DNA of 64,000 nucleotides from NCBI GenBank assembly GCA_964016885.1, contig OZ024757.1:39184001-39248000 (forward strand). Direction: 5' to 3'. Shown here piece by piece: positions 38,480 through 58,380 of this stretch (position 1 is the first letter of the stretch; every line of letters starts with the position of its first letter). Under the pieces are notes generated by a model. That model searched no databases and was not told the DNA's origin. It worked only from the letters and a program-made list of their open reading frames with translations. The position numbers and the translations under genes are program-made. This DNA is from Eledone cirrhosa (taxonomy: Eukaryota).

Positions 38480-40760
38480 TTACACAGAAGACACACACAC
38501 ATTTTCTGTACTATTATATGCAGCCATAATGTAAAAAATATGTGTGAGTATATATATGTGTATGTATGTGCGTGTGTATGTATATATGTGTATGTATGTG
38601 CGTGTGTACATGTGTATGTATTTATGTGTGTGTATGTATATGTGTGTATGTATGTGCGTGTGTACATGTGTATGTATTTATGTGTGTGCATGTATATTGT
38701 GGTCTTCTATCAACTGCTGTGTTTTTCTAAAACCAGTGTTAGGAATTGTTTGTTTCTAAAGGTATTGAACTATTCCAATAGGTTGATCTATTCAATATAT
38801 CACAGTTCACGTGTCACCTAAAAACCAATATTTCTTGTTTAATAATTCTCTGAGGCAATCGATTTGATTCGCTAGATCATTGAGTAATTATTCGGCGTCT
38901 TTAAGTTCTGAGTTCAAATCCCACCGAGGACCACTTAAGGCTTTCATCCTTTCGGGATCTATAACCGAATTACCAACCCAATGGTCTTCTATCCTTCGAG
39001 CTGACACATCTTGTATATATAATTCTCTATATATAATTCTAAACTTAAATCAGGGAACAGCATCATAAGAAGTCGATAAAATAAAGTACCAGTAACGTAT
39101 TGGGGTAATTGCAGCCCTTGTGCCAACAGTATAAACAATTATTAGGGTGGTGGATATGCAGTATCAGAAATTGCCTGCATTCTGCCTATAGTAGATATCA
39201 TTATTCACGCCGAGGTTAAGTTTATCTTTCATCCTTACGGGGTCGATAAAATAAAGTACCAGTAATACACTGGAGTCACTTTAATCGACTCCCCCCACCC
39301 CGCCAAAAAAATTTGCTGGCCTTGTGCCTATATAAGAAACCATTATTCACGGTGTTTCTTTTCGCTGCTTTAGAAAGTTAAACTTGTTGGTATACAGCCT
39401 CCGACAGCCTCCCATGTAAAATCATATCCCAGCACAGCAATCTCTTGTATAAAGTTGAGGGAAAATGTAGGTGAAGGTTATGCTAGTGCTGCGTCTTTCT
39501 CGGTCGATATACGACAATCCGTTAGCACCCTGCATTGCTATTTAGTACCGACATGAACAACATCACAGGAAAAAACAACAAAAAAATGAGAAAAGGCAAA
39601 AATAACAAGATTTGTCAAACAAAATATACAAAATAAAGAAACAACAAATAAATAAACTCAGGCATAACAACAACAACAATAACAATAATAATAATAATAA
39701 TAATAATAGTTAAATAAATAAATAAATAAATGAAATCGAACAAGACGACATTTTTGTAAAAAGACGAAAAAAAAAATAAAGTAGTAAAATCAAAAACCGC
39801 AGAACGTTTGTTATTCAGTTTAAACATAAAGTATTAATTCAAATATGTAGAATAAGAAAAAGACACAAAATGTTCATTCTGGCTTAAACTTTTTTGTATA
39901 TATTTTTTTTTTTTGGGAAAATTTACTGTTTTCTTATATTTTATATTATTTTTCAAAATTTATTATATTCTTATTCTTATTTTATTTTATTTTTATTTTT
40001 TTTAATGTTTTATTTTAAATATTTATCACCGTAAGAATCTCAGCATGATTCAGGGAGTATCGAAACGGGGGAATAAATCTATATATTGATTGTAATGTAT
40101 GCAAAAAGCAAAGAAGAATCATTCAACTTTCAAACTACAAAGACAAATTTGAAAGACACACATATATAAACGTTTCGAGGCGACGAATCGGTAGAGTTGT
40201 TAGAACGTCGGTTAGAATGCTTTGCTGTATTCGTTCCAACTCTCTCTGTTAACCGTTCAAAAGCGGTTAAGGTAAACTTTGCCATTATTTCTCTGTAGGT
40301 CAATAAAAAGTCCAGTACTGGGCAAGATATGTTCTGTATATATCTCTTTCTTTCTTTAGTATGTATCTCTCTCTCTCTCTCTCTCTCTCGCTCACTCGCT
40401 CACTCACTCACACTCTCTCTCGCTCACTCACTCACACTCTCTCTCGCTCACTCACTCACACTCTCTCTCAATCGCTCAATGTCACTCAATCTCGCACTCC
40501 TCGTTCTCTCTCTCTTGATCGCTAGCTCTGTCGCACTCTCTCGTTCTCTCTCTCTTGATCGTTAGCTCTGTCGCACACTCTCTCTCTCTCACTCACATAC
40601 TCGCCCTATCTCGATCGCGCACTCTCTCTCTCTCTACTTAAAGTAGTCGGCACTCTTCAGATTTGAGGATGGAATGACCACCAGTAGGGTTTAACATTCC
40701 CAATAAACGATGGATATCGCTACCGTGTCCCAACGACTCCATCAGAAGCTATGGATCCCA

Positions 40761-40900
40761 TACAATGAAATTCCGTTATAGCGAAATTCACTGGGTGTAA
40801 CGAAAAATCCTTTAAAACGAAATCGACCGAAACAGATCGAGCGTGTAGTCGGGGATTGACAAAAGATTCGTTATACTGGTATTCTTTATAACGGAATTTT
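40761..40900. mobile_element. Possible pogo/Tigger-type DNA transposon remnant
   Basis: TACAATGAAATTCCGTTATA ... TATAACGGAATTTTAC inverted pair with an internal TTCGTTATA subrepeat. Confidence 0.45.
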
Positions 40901-42614
40901 ACATACACACACAGACACATATCCACCACACAGATATATATATATATATATATATATCTTACTTACTTACTTATAACGTACATAATGTTTGATCTTTTCT
41001 GCACTTTCTTTTGAGGTGATCCTTGATCTCTTCTTAGTCGATGCCTCAATCCGTAAAAAGATCTAACAGGCATTCAATACTGGTTGTAGATGTGAACATG
41101 AGCGGACAAGTTGCCCTGTCTTATGAAGTTCAAATCCCAATGTTGACGAATTTTCATTTGATCTTTCTAAATAATATTTTACGTGGAGAATAATCATTGA
41201 TTTTCAAATCTCTCTCCACTATCATCAAATTTAAGATGATGTAATGTCAGAACGCGGAGATCCGCGGAAAATCTGAGCAGTTTTTGTTGTGTTTTTGTTG
41301 GGTTTTTTTTCAAATTCTACCGATATCAATTTTGTCTCATACCATTTATTGATTGACAGTATGAAGTAATATATAAGTAGTATTGTCCTACCCTATGTTG
41401 CACCCAACTCTAGTAGAATCATCTTGTATTAGTATTTTGGGTGTTTCTTGTTCAAATTCTACCGAGATCAATTATATCTGATCCTACTCTATACTTCACC
41501 TGATATATATATCAGCTTGTACTAATATTAGTAATCTATCGTAGATTGATTAGTTGGCAGCGTATGTGGCACCATGGCCAATATTTTCTCAGGTTCGTTT
41601 TAGCTTCGTTCTGAGTTTGAATCATCCGATATTGTTATTTCATGTCGTGTATTGAAAGTTCAGAATTATTTACTGAGGACTTGTGACCCGGTGGAATAAA
41701 TCTCTCTCTGCTTCGACGTTGAGGTTTTCAATGACCCTGCAGTCAAAGCCTGTCTCAAGCCAGAAATCCTATTAGGCCAGTGCTTATCTCGGTTGGTTTC
41801 TTGGCGGGAAGCAACTGAGAGTACAAGACTCACTCCCCAACACTGGACATGACGCCAGTCCATCTCAGGGTGAAACACTCAGCTATTGCTAGTACTCATT
41901 TTCAGCTGAATCAACTGGAGCAACGTGAAATGAAATCTTTTCTCGAGAAAACAACACACAACCCAACCCATCCCAGAAATCGTAACCACGACATCATTGA
42001 CAGACATAGTATAATTTGGGGATGACAAATTATGTGAAAAGGTTGACCATTTCAAATAAAATGTGCAGTTTTATTCCATGTTCTTCGACTCATAGAGATA
42101 TAAATCCCGGAATCTTATGATTGCCACACAAACTATTTCACCATTCAGCTATAATGTCTACGTGATACCTTATATTCATATGATAAATCATTCGTTTAGT
42201 CGTGTTTCGTTCTTTATTTTTTCGAGTCTTTTTTTTTCCTTTTTAACTTTTCACATTCCATCAAATTTGCATCAATAATATCCTTTATATGTCATGCTTT
42301 CTCCTAACTAATGTTTTATATATATATTTATTTATTTGTCTGTATCTCCCTCTCTCCACAAAAAATATTTTGTATCTTTTTGACATTCTACCTGTTCTCT
42401 ATAAGCCTTGAGAAGAAGGATGAATTTTAAGTATCATTGCACTCATTTTTTTTTTTCGAAGTACCTCTCCAATTTTTTGACGCTATGAAATACCTCCCCT
42501 GTTTTTATAATGCTTCTTCGTTTAAGAAAGCAAACCCGAATATATATATATATATATATATATATGAGCCTTCACACACACACATCCCCACACACACACA
42601 CCACACCCACACCA

Positions 42615-42651
<37 letters not shown>

Positions 42652-42653
<2 letters not shown>

Positions 42654-42886
42654 CGCATGGCTTAGTGTTTAAAGCATTGGGCTTGCAATCGAAAGGTTGT
42701 GAGTTCAATTCTCGGACCGAGTGATGTGTTGTTTCCTTCAACAAGTCACTTTATTTCTCGTTGCTCCAGTTTACTCGGCTGTAGAAATGAGAGGATAGGG
42801 ACTGGGGTCCCTATCATTAAATTACCCAAGGCACCTCCAACGAGATATATCCTGGATGAGGCCAGCTAAACCTGCATAGGTGTAAG

Positions 42887-42889
<3 letters not shown>
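42652..42889 (+). mobile_element. SINE type 2
   Basis: Collinear with 22667-22902 including the 3' tail; lies between (TG)n and (CA)n. Confidence 0.8.
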
Positions 42890-42956
<67 letters not shown>

Positions 42957-44104
42957 CTACGAGCTCGCTGAACCTATTAGAATTATCAGCGGGATATCCC
43001 TTAAATTAAATACGATCGGCTTCATACGAACTTCATTCTATCTTTGCTAATATCATTGATACTCTTGTTCTATGTCCTTGTTCTTTTTTAAGATGTTTGG
43101 GTTAGATTTAAGGGTTAATTGGCTGCTCTTTCTAGGAGATTGATCTGGTCTATTGGCTCAACACACAGACACACACAAAACAGAACAATATTCGGTCGAT
43201 TGCCAACGAAAATTTAGAAGAAAATCTTAAATGTTCAGAGGTGAAAGTTAACCCAACAGAAGTATGTGACGGGCATTCAATATATCAAACCAGTATGGGT
43301 GAAAACTAAACTCGATTGCGACTGTATTCAAACTCTTAAAAGTCGAGGCGTGAAGCTAAGATACTTCCTCAGGCATCCGCCCTCTTCCTCTGTTACTCGA
43401 ACGCATTAAAGAATAAATATATTGATTTCCAACATTGACAGCAAGCCATAAATATTCTTAGGAAGCAGTGTAGACGATGGAACATCTCCAACACATTACT
43501 GCGTCTTATATATCGATCCCAGAGGGATGAAAGCACACTTCATCTCCTCCAGGATTTGAATTCAGAACGAAAAGGCACTTATGCAGATATCGTAACACCT
43601 TTAAATGTGCGGTGAATGTGCAGAGTCGTTTGAAAGACGGATACAGTGCTTCGCGAAATTCGGTCCAAGTCTCACCATTCTGAGTTCAATTCCCACCTAA
43701 CTCGACTTTTCATTTCACCGTTTAGAGGTTGATAAATGAACTTAAATGAACTTCATGTGCAGTACTAGACTTTCCTTTTCCTCTGTCTTTTTCTCACTTT
43801 AATTCCATCACTCTCTCTCTCTCTCCTCTGGACGAAATTGGTGGTGGTCAGACCTGCAGAAGGGATTGACTGCACCAGGTTTTAAATTATTATTGTGAGC
43901 AAACGTCCTCACAACACCCCTACGATTTCATCAGGTGTAACGAGACCTTAGAAAAAGCCACTTTAAGTTCGAACATATTGTTTCTGTCATGTTCTTCGCC
44001 GTAAATAATCATTTTGTTAATTGTAATATTTCGTCTAGACATTACATTAAAACTATTCTACACTCCCCTCAACTTCTCTAGCTTACTCTAGTGCATGTAT
44101 TAAT

Positions 44105-44458
44105 ATTGGTTTCTAAATTAGGCACAAGGCCAACAATTTCTTTTTGGGGCGGTTAAAGTAAATTGACGCCAGTGCATTACTGGTACTTTATTGTATCGAC
44201 CCTGTAACGTTGAAAGGCAAAGCTAACCTGACGCAGCCCATTCCTCTCCAGGCCGGAGTACAGCAGATTTCTTCCAGAGAAAGATAGAAAGTGAGAGAGA
44301 GAGAAGAAATAAAAAAGACATATAGATGAAGAATCGACCTCGAAAGGATGAAAGGAAAAGTTTACCTCGGTGGGATTTAAACTCAGAGAGCCTCGAGCCG
44401 GAACGAATAACACAAAGCATTCTATACGTCGTTCTAACGACTCTACTAATTCGCCGCC
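44105..44458 (-). mobile_element. SINE type 1 composite
   Basis: SINE head at ~44330-44458 and body at ~44105-44225. The internal segment aacctgac..agccca..cctctccaggcc is also found at ~6504-6555. Confidence 0.7.
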
Positions 44459-44856
44459 AATTCTATGAATAACTAATAACAAAATACTGTGTAGAAATAT
44501 TTTTTGTTTGTTTCCGGAAATGTACTTTCAAGCTAAAAATCAAAATATACTGCCAGACTTATTTCTTCGGGGAATTGAAAAATTCATTAGAATTCTGAAA
44601 AAAAAACACAGCATGCCTTATCGACAGCATGTAGAGATATATATTGTAGCTATTGTTTCTAACAGAATATGGCATTAAAAAAAATAATGTTTTATCCCTT
44701 TGCTATTCTGATTGTTTCGTTTTTTTATCATATACTGCTTTATTTAGTGTTTTATTGCTTTTTATTTATCTGAATTCATTATTCTTTTCCATCTCAATAT
44801 ACTTGAATAACTACAGAATTCTTATGACTTGCAGCGTTATAAATTCTAAACTATTC

Positions 44857-44896
<40 letters not shown>

Positions 44897-45041
44897 TGTG
44901 TGTGTGTGTTTCTGTGTGTAAAAGTATGCATATGCATACATACGCACCTATAAATAAGCACGCATATATATATATATATGTGTGTGTGTGTATGTCTTTC
45001 TGTGTGTAAAGTATGCATACATACGCACGTATAAATAGGCA

Positions 45042-45095
<54 letters not shown>

Positions 45096-45631
45096 GTCTC
45101 TGTGTACGTTAAGAAAATGTTTATTGAATATTTGTATCGGAGCTTTGCAATTTCTGTCGATTTTTTATAAAACACTACAATCACTTGTTTATTTATAATT
45201 AAAAATTCATATACAATTATTTTTAAAACACCCTTAAGTACAACATGTAATTTATGATTTAACGGAAACATCCCGGCTCAGTATATATTCATAATACCAG
45301 AATTTCTCTTCAGGCAGACATGAATCTACAATGATGTGTAAACAACCATGTTAGTAGTACATTATACTTTTTAAACAAACCTGGTTGCCTTCTTACAATT
45401 TTTTTTCCCCTCATTTCGTCTTATTAATTTCAATCTGTTGTAAACAATTTTCTAAGCAACTAGTTTAGCTCTTTGCCAAGCATCATCTTATTCCAGCAGA
45501 GTCTGAGACACAAATCACTTCACTCTATTTATAAAAGACCATTGAAATAACGATTCTTTAAATCGTTTCACTCTACTTTCAAAGTGATCGTGTGTAAAGT
45601 TACGTCTAGTATTGAAATAACGTTACTTTAA

Positions 45632-45849
45632 CCCTTTAGCATTTACATTACTCTATATTTATTATTGTATTTTCAGGGTAAAGTCTTTATCTCAACTAAA
45701 TGTTTTACATAATATTGAATCCATGAGATTTTCATATTATTTATTTTGAAAAAAATACCTTAACATCAGTATGAGTGGCTAGTTATAACATTTTGAACAA
45801 AGTGGTGAGAGAATTCTGGTTGTTTATTGCCAGTTTAAATGCTAAAGTG
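45632..45849. mobile_element. piggyBac-type MITE
   Basis: TTAA on both sides; TIR CCCTTTAGCATTTA / TAAATGCTAAAGTG (13 of 14 match); ends 104 bp before the exon. Confidence 0.78.
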
Positions 45850-45953
45850 TTAAATACTTCTATTTTCAGAGACTGTCAGTAACGATATATGAAATTTTGA
45901 AAGTATAACTACATATATCTTTAACTTCTTATATTTTGTTTTTGTATTTCCAG

Positions 45954-46208
45954 TATGTTTCCAAGTTGGTTTGAATTCCATTGCGTTGTTTGGTCCTCGA
46001 TCGTATATGGTGGCCTCCTATGTGAACTCAATGTGCAATGCCTTGAAGATCCCTCACATCGAAGTTCGCATGGACCACTTTCTCTCGGATGTCCCCACAT
46101 TCTCAATCAACCTCCACCCAGACATGCACCAACTCAGCAGGGCTTATCTAGATGTCATCCAGTACTTCCAATGGAAACAAGTACTCGTCATTTTCGGTGA
46201 CAAAGAAG
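45954..46208 (+). CDS. GRIK2-like: Next coding exon of the same kainate-type glutamate receptor (amino-terminal domain)
   Basis: ttttgtatttccag acceptor, gtaagt donor at 46209, 255 bp, phase 1/1. Splices in frame to the previous exon: ...SKK-V-CFQVGLNSIALFGPRSYMVASYVNSMCNALKIPHIEVRMDHFLSDVPTFSINLHPDMHQLSRAYLDVIQYFQWKQVLVIFGDKE(G). Matches GluK motifs AIFGP, SICNAL.VPHI, LYPD..LSRA.LD.VQFF.WK. Confidence 0.95.
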
Positions 46209-46328
46209 GTAAGTGAGCCATGTTCCTATGGTTATAGGCATGTATGTATGTTCTTCTGGTTTAATAACTTTAGAAAATTTACCGACAGAAGGTCGGTTTC
46301 TAATATAGACACAAGACTCTCTAATTGG

Positions 46329-46366
<38 letters not shown>

Positions 46367-46496
46367 TGTTTTTGAAATAGCGAGTGAAGCTTGAGAGAGA
46401 AATAAAAGTTTACGCCGTATTTTTACATTTCTTAGGGGGTTTTAAACCCCACTATTAGGCTAAATTGTCTTTAGTCAAAACTACGGCGAACGCTTC

Positions 46497-50958
<4,462 letters not shown>

Positions 50959-51000
50959 ACGATATTAAATAAATGGAAACTATATTTATAAAACCATATT

Positions 51001-51066
51001 TATTTCACTATATATATTTCAGGGATATCATATTAACAATATGCTATGCCTTCCTCAGACAAAATA
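51001..51066 (-). ncRNA. Hammerhead motif (family E, diverged copy with covariation)
   Basis: Minus strand: TATTTTGT-CTGAGGA-AGG..CATATT gtt AATATG..CCT-GAAA-TATATA-TA^GTGAAATA. Stem II base is AGG/CCT versus AAG/CTT in the 34845 and 35117 copies. Confidence 0.7.
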
Positions 51067-51367
51067 CAATATAGACAGTTTTATAGATAAATAGATTTGA
51101 CATACCGTTCAACATCGACTTGTATTTGAAAAGTTGATTTGAAATACTTGTTGAGTGCTTTTATATCAGTTATAAATATTTACTAGTTGTAACCCAACAA
51201 TTTAAATATAACTTTCCATGTATATATATGTATATGTATATATGTATATGTGTATATATATATATACATTATATATGTATATGTATATATGTATATGTAT
51301 ATGTGTATATATATATATACATTATATATGTATATGTATATATGTATATGTGTATATATATATATAC

Positions 51368-51403
<36 letters not shown>

Positions 51404-52010
51404 AGAGAGAGAGAGAGCTGTATTTAAGTATATATAAGTCTATATATATAAAGTGTTGTGTTAATTTGCTCTAGATGCAAGTTCGTTTCAGTGAACATCA
51501 CGAAAAAGGAGGGAATAGAAAAAGCAAATTCAATTTGCTGAATTAGATAGAACCCAAATTCACCCATTCTCAATATTATACCATGTGAGGTTTGGATTAA
51601 TCAAATTTAGCAGTACATTGTCAAAAGAGCTTATCTGACCTGCCACCTCACAGTTTCCTTTACATACAGAACAAATTGTTTTCTATTTTTGAAAGAGTAT
51701 TCATATGATAAGTATAGAAGCATTTTATTCTTTGCCTAGGTCACGTTCACTTACACAATGGATTGGGAAGAGTAAATATATTTCAGAAGTACACTGATTA
51801 TATGGATATTATAAACTTTTAGCATGGTCACGTACATAATATTGAACTTGTAATATATATATATATTACGTATGTACATATATATATTACGTATGTACAT
51901 ATATATATTACGTATGTACATATATATATTACGTATGTACACGTATATATGACGTTTGACCATATATATATTATGTATGTACATACACATATATATGTAT
52001 ATCATATCTA

Positions 52011-52060
<50 letters not shown>

Positions 52061-52239
52061 TGTATTATGTATTTATATATATCGCAGATTGCGGTCGAGT
52101 GTGTCCTGCTGTTATGGATTTCCAGCAAGCCAACAATTGCATAACTTCATCTCCGATGATGAAAATTTATAAAGATTCTTTGTCAGAGTATATAAACATG
52201 TTATTGGAAGACCACAACACACATACTCACGTACATATA

Positions 52240-52271
<32 letters not shown>

Positions 52272-52335
52272 AACATGAAGAAGGATGCTGTGATTTCATA
52301 AATCACAGCATCTCTCTTAATGTTATTATTATACT

Positions 52336-52493
52336 CGGCGTTGGATTGCCAGTATCGGTAGAGAGTCGGACACCATTCTTTGAAGCAGAGAGTTACGTCC
52401 CTTTATGATCTGAGTTCAAATCCCGCCGAGGTTAACTTTGCCTTTCATCCTTATGGGGTCAATAAAATAAAGTACCAGTAATACACTGGGTAA
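52336..52493 (+). mobile_element. SINE type 1
   Basis: A/B boxes and central domain as at 9551. Confidence 0.82.
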
Positions 52494-52657
52494 TATATAT
52501 ACATATATAGTAATAATAATAAATTTGAAGACTAAAATCCAAAGAGGGCTCGATAAGGATAAATATATATCAAATATATAAGAACCGTAGAGCAAATATT
52601 TATTAAAATAACAGATTAAAGTTTAAGCAAAGCATCGCTGCTTTCACCCTTAACGGG

Positions 52658-52708
52658 AGTTTCAGAAGATCCCGTTAAGGGTGAAAGCAGCGATTCTTTG
52701 CTTAAATT
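52658..52708 (+). ncRNA. Hammerhead-like fold with CAGAAGA core (family C, fold-back copy)
   Basis: Same motif, immediately preceded by an inverted copy of its 3' part (~52597-52658). Confidence 0.5.
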
Positions 52709-52728
52709 TTAATCTGTTATTTTAATAA

Positions 52729-52772
<44 letters not shown>

Positions 52773-54461
52773 CCGAGCTGTTTCTGTGCGAGTATTGACT
52801 AACCTCAGCTCAGCTTTGAGTACATTGAGATTAATTTTCCCTTTCATCCTTACGGCGTCGATCAAATGAACTACCAGTAATGTACTGGTATATTGCTGGC
52901 CTTGTGCCAAAAGTAGAAACAATTTATATTACTCCACTCTTCGCCCTTCGTACGTAAATTATATTAATTTCAGTACACAAGAAAGGGTGAACAAGATGAA
53001 CATATCTTTAACAAGAGCGCGGTTATGTACTTAACTTTCACGTAAATATTTGACCGAGATGATTGCAATTTCTTAACTAGTAACCCGTTGTATGATGGAG
53101 AAAAACTAATACTGTTAACTCATTACTTTATTTAATGAACATCTTTGTATGTGATAAATTTTCTTTTGTTTATTTTCGTTGATACATTCAGACAATGGTT
53201 CTTATTGTTTCGGTGCATGTGTGTGAGTCTTGTGAGGGTGTGTGTTAGTGTGTTTGTGTTGCATGTATGTGAATGTATGTGTTTAACAACATATGCGTGC
53301 ATGTATGTATCTGTATGTATATGTTTTTTGTGAGTGTGAATATATATGAATGCATGCTTGAACCTGTGTGCTAGTTCGTGTTTGTCAGTTTTTGTGTGTG
53401 TGTGTGTGTGTGTGCGCATGTGCATACATTCATTTTTTTTTGTTAGTAGTCCACTTGTATGTGCATAGGTTTCAGTGCCGATCAGTGATTACATGTACTT
53501 GGTGCACGTGTGTTAGTACGTATAAATGGTGCATATGACTCTGAACGCACGTGTGAACAGTGCATATGTTTCAGCGATGCATATATGTGTAAGAGATGTA
53601 TGTCTAAGTGCGCATGTGTGAGCGGTGCATATAATGCATGTGACTATATGTGAACGGTACTTATGTTTGAGTACATGTGTATGAGAGCATGCAATTTTTT
53701 GGATCGTCGTTCAACTCATTATACAATTAAATGTAGAGAGTTGTTACATTCCTATATATATGTGTATGTATATTTCTTTACTATATTTTCTTGTGAATAC
53801 GTTTGTTCTTACAATCCCAAATGTTCGGTGTAGTATTATCACGGCATCATACATTTCGTGACTGTTTGGTTTAGTCATCAAACTTTTCTATACGTAACTC
53901 AGTGGTGAACAACATGTTGGGCTTTGTCGTACATGTTAATTCATCATTTCACCGAATCCACCGAATGTAAAAGTTAAATTAACTTTTCCGCTCCTACTTG
54001 CTCTCTCACACTCTGTCTATATATCTATCTAACTTTATATATATATATACAAACATGTGTGTATGTATATATGTATATATGTATATAGCGAGAGAGAGAT
54101 AGAGAGAGATTGTGTGTGTACTTCTTTCTCGTTAAAACGACAAGGAGCGTGATTTATGAACGTAAAAGTTCAATGCGACAAATGTCAAAAAATGTCAAAT
54201 TTCGTATATTTTCTTATTTCTAATTAAAATATATTTGCACATATTACTCTCTTGCATTAATTTTCTTTTTTAAATAGCTATTTTGTAATTAACGCAACAT
54301 GAAATGACAATATATCTACGAAATCCTCTCAGCTATTCTTTCGATCCCCTACGAAGCCGAAAGAAAATTTCAACATGAGATCGAAAACGATATAATTGAG
54401 TCTACAATGAAATATTCTCCTAATGATAACATACACATACATGCACACATGCACACACGCG

Positions 54462-54528
<67 letters not shown>

Positions 54529-54589
54529 CTATTGCCATTAGGTTGTAGGCTGTTTTGTTTCACTTAAATTACACACCAAGATACTCTCT

Positions 54590-55090
54590 GGCGTTCTGAG
54601 TTCAAATCCCACCGTGGTTAACTTTGCCATTCATACTTACGGGGTCGATAAAATAAAACACCAGTAATACGCTGGGGTAATTGCTGGCCTTGTGTCAAAC
54701 GTAGAAACAATTATTTGAGTAGACTTAGGAGTGTAGATTGAGAGTATCAGATGAGCGTCAGACAATATGCTTTATTGCATAGAGTTGTAACCCTTTACGA
54801 TCAGAGTTCAAATCCCGCCGAGGTTAACTTTGCCTTTCATCCTTACGGGATCGATAAAATAAAACATCAGTAATACACTGGGTCGATTTAATCGACTTTA
54901 CCCTTCCCAAATATTGCTGGCCTTGTACCTATAGTAGAAATCCTTATTAAAACATATATTACGGCCCTTTATGATCGGAGTTCAAATCCCCCCCCCCCCC
55001 GGTTAGATTTTTACGGGATCGATAAAATAAAGTACCAGTAATGCACTGTTGCTAGATTTAATCGACTATCCCCTCCCAAAAAATTGTGCC
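54590..55090 (+). mobile_element. Three tandem SINE type 1 copies
   Basis: B box gagttcaaatccc at ~54598, ~54804 and ~54978, each followed by the central domain. Confidence 0.8.
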
Positions 55091-55835
55091 TAAATCTGAA
55101 ATCACAATTGGAGTAGAGTATTCTAATGATATATATATCTGTGGTGGACGAATTTGTTTAGGAAAATGTTTACATGTTACTATCGTTGTTGAGATAACAC
55201 CCTAGCTCTGCCCTATTTCAGCAAGTATATGATCAAAGACGTTCCTTCGGGGACAAAGCAGATTAGCGTATATCAGGGACCTCATTCTCCAATGTGTTCT
55301 TTTATAATTTCAAATTTTGAAGAGTGATACGAGATTGAGTTGTCTACCTTGTTTAGCCACCCGGGTAAACATTTGCCTTGATTGATCAAGGAAATATTGA
55401 GGACAGGACGTTCTGAACCGTTTCAAGATATTTATGTTACATTTGCTCTTGCATTTCACTCTATCGGGGTTGTTATCGATGAGACTTTTGTATATAATGT
55501 TAATGTGGAAGGACATAAATGGTAATATGCGTATATATGTATGACCCTGTGAGAGTGTATAATATTTGGGAAGTTTTCAACTTTCAATAGAACTATAGAA
55601 CTTTTAATGTCCTTTTTATTGACGGATATATTTATACACACACATATATATATATACATTAATATATACGGTCGCAATTTTTCTCTCTCTCTCTCTTCTA
55701 TCTCCTTCTCTCTCCTCTATCTCCTTCTCTCTCCTCTCTCTCTATCTCCTTCTCTCTCTCTCTCTCTCTATACACATACACACATACATCCTCGCAATTT
55801 CTCTATAGCTCCCTCTTTCTCTCCTTTTCTTTATG

Positions 55836-55888
<53 letters not shown>

Positions 55889-55889
55889 G

Positions 55890-55931
<42 letters not shown>

Positions 55932-57214
55932 ATGGTAGCATCATACGTTACACAAATAGTTAATATTCAATGAAGAGTCAAGAAATGAAACATTCGATAC
56001 AGAGAATATACCACTAAACATTTACCTACTATTTAATGTGGTGCCATTTAATTGAATCAAAGGACGGTTGAATCGATAGTGTGGTTTGAAATGGCCATAC
56101 TAAACTTTTAGTAAACCCCCAAAAAAGCTTGCAGTCTACTTGCAGTCGTAATCGATTCACACAAAATCAAATACATAAGTTAACTGTAAATTCCTGTGAA
56201 CATGTTATTTCTATTTGATTTCCATGATTGAATACCATAGAGGGGCGGGGCATCCTTTTTTTTATTTTTTATTTGGTAAAATTTCATTGCACAGCAACAT
56301 TCTATCACAACGCATGAAAAGAAATGAAACAAAACGTAGAAAGAAATACAATAATTCTCATGAATTTATACCTGAAATTTTCTTATATTCGTTAGAGCAT
56401 GTGTGTTCAAATTGGGCTGAGGTCAACGTTTGAGTTTTTACCTTTATAGCGCCGCTAAAAGATAGTTCTTGTCATGTATATATGAGAAAAATGAAATTTT
56501 GCAGTTCACAACTGTACATGTGTATCTGGCTTCCTATAAGGTAGTTATCTCATAGGGAGTATTTTTTAATGTGTTAACGATAAGAGACCCCAGTTTTATC
56601 ATGAAAATGCAATGTTGTTGAAGCAGATAAAGTGTTTTGTTGAAGAACAGAACGTAGCGCTCGGTAAAGAAATTGAATACACTACCTTATGATTGAATGT
56701 CCAACAGCCTAACCATAAGGTTACGCCTTATGTGCTGGCTTTAATATATCGGACCTTTTACACACCGTGCTCAAACTTCTCAGCAAATTAAACAGCAAGG
56801 GAAACTTAGTTTTCTAGGTTGGATTTCCTCATCTTCTCCTTTCCTCTCCTTTTCACTAAAAAAAAAAGTCTGAAGTGTGTCTCGAGGCCTGAGAGACACA
56901 TCAGGTCTATATTCCCTGGCCATTCCATCTTAGTGTTAAAACACCCAGTGATAGCTGGTAGACTGGGGCAAGGGGAAATGAAGTATTTTGCTCAAGGCAG
57001 TCCAGGAATCGAGCCAATGACATAATGATCGTATTTCAACACCTTTAGCACTATTCCACGTGTCTTCTCCCTCACAACACACAATTTTATCTAGGAATCG
57101 AACCCACGACATCAGCATCGAAACTCCACCGCCACACCCTTACCACTAAGCGAGGCGCATCCATTTTACAATCGGCGTCTTATTTTTTTCAATCTAAAGG
57201 ATATTATATTAAAA

Positions 57215-57431
57215 GGTGGATTGGCAGTATCAGTAGAGGGTCGGACGCCATGCATTGTAGCATAAAGTTACGCCTCTTTATGATCTGAGTTCAAATCCCG
57301 CCGAGGTTAACTTTACTTTTCATCTTTACGGGGTCGATAAAATAAAGTATCTGTCACGCACTGACGTCGATTTAATCGACCTTCCCCTCCTCCCAAAATT
57401 GCTGGCCTTGTGCCTATATAAGAAATCATTA
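57215..57431 (+). mobile_element. SINE type 1 (full length)
   Basis: A/B boxes, central domain and 3' ttgctggccttgtgcc tail. Confidence 0.85.
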
Positions 57432-58293
57432 TGTTAAAAGGTTTTCTGTAAAAAACGCAAATGTCTTTTGTGGTTATGAAAACGGGAAAGAAAAAGAAGA
57501 TTCAAGCGCCCGAGGGTCACAGAAAAATGGGAGGGGGGACAGACAGGGAGGGTGATGGACTCTAGGCCGGGATTACGGTGGTGTTGGGGCATGTATTTTG
57601 CCAAAGGCAAACCAGCATGCTGTAGTGTTTTTGAGCTCACCACTAATCTATCGTGTCCATACCTGCAATACATACATTACTACTATAGTGTACAATTTAA
57701 TATTTAATTAGGTGTTGGTCATGTGCTTCCTATAACTAGATTAGATACAAGCGGATATCAAACGACCATGTGCAATATTATTTTAACAAAATGGTTGGCT
57801 TCTGATCGATGATCTCGTATCGGAAATCAACCAAGCCATTACAGTCATCGATCGACATGGTCACCTTTCGTGGGAGCAATGGCCATAAACAGTGTTGAAA
57901 ACAGAAGCGAAAAGGTTGAACTTTTAATGTTATTTAGTTACTATAACAATACCAGTCGACTGTAAAAGTTTACATTTAAATACTTATGAAGAGACACTGC
58001 AGTACATTGTTATATCTAATGTTATCTGCATTTCACTGTGTAGGGTATTTGTCTAAGTGTGGCGATGTATGTTTATATAAGAAGTTCTACATTTGCGTTT
58101 GCTGTGAACATTCATGTGTGCAGTCTGCTAGAGTTTATATAAAATATATATGGTAGTATTCATATTCAAACGTATATATATTTATATATATACAGAGAGA
58201 GAGGGGGGTATGGATATATGTATGTATAGGGCGGGATATATATGTAGCTGTTGAAACGGCCGGAGCTCAGCCGTCGGGGTCCTGAGTCTTTTC

Positions 58294-58376
<83 letters not shown>

Positions 58377-58380
<4 letters not shown>

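Noticed and set aside
52082-52220. Possible further receptor exon after cgcag
   Set aside because: The translations I checked do not resemble the expected continuation (GL.RLQ.L) and there is no clear donor site.
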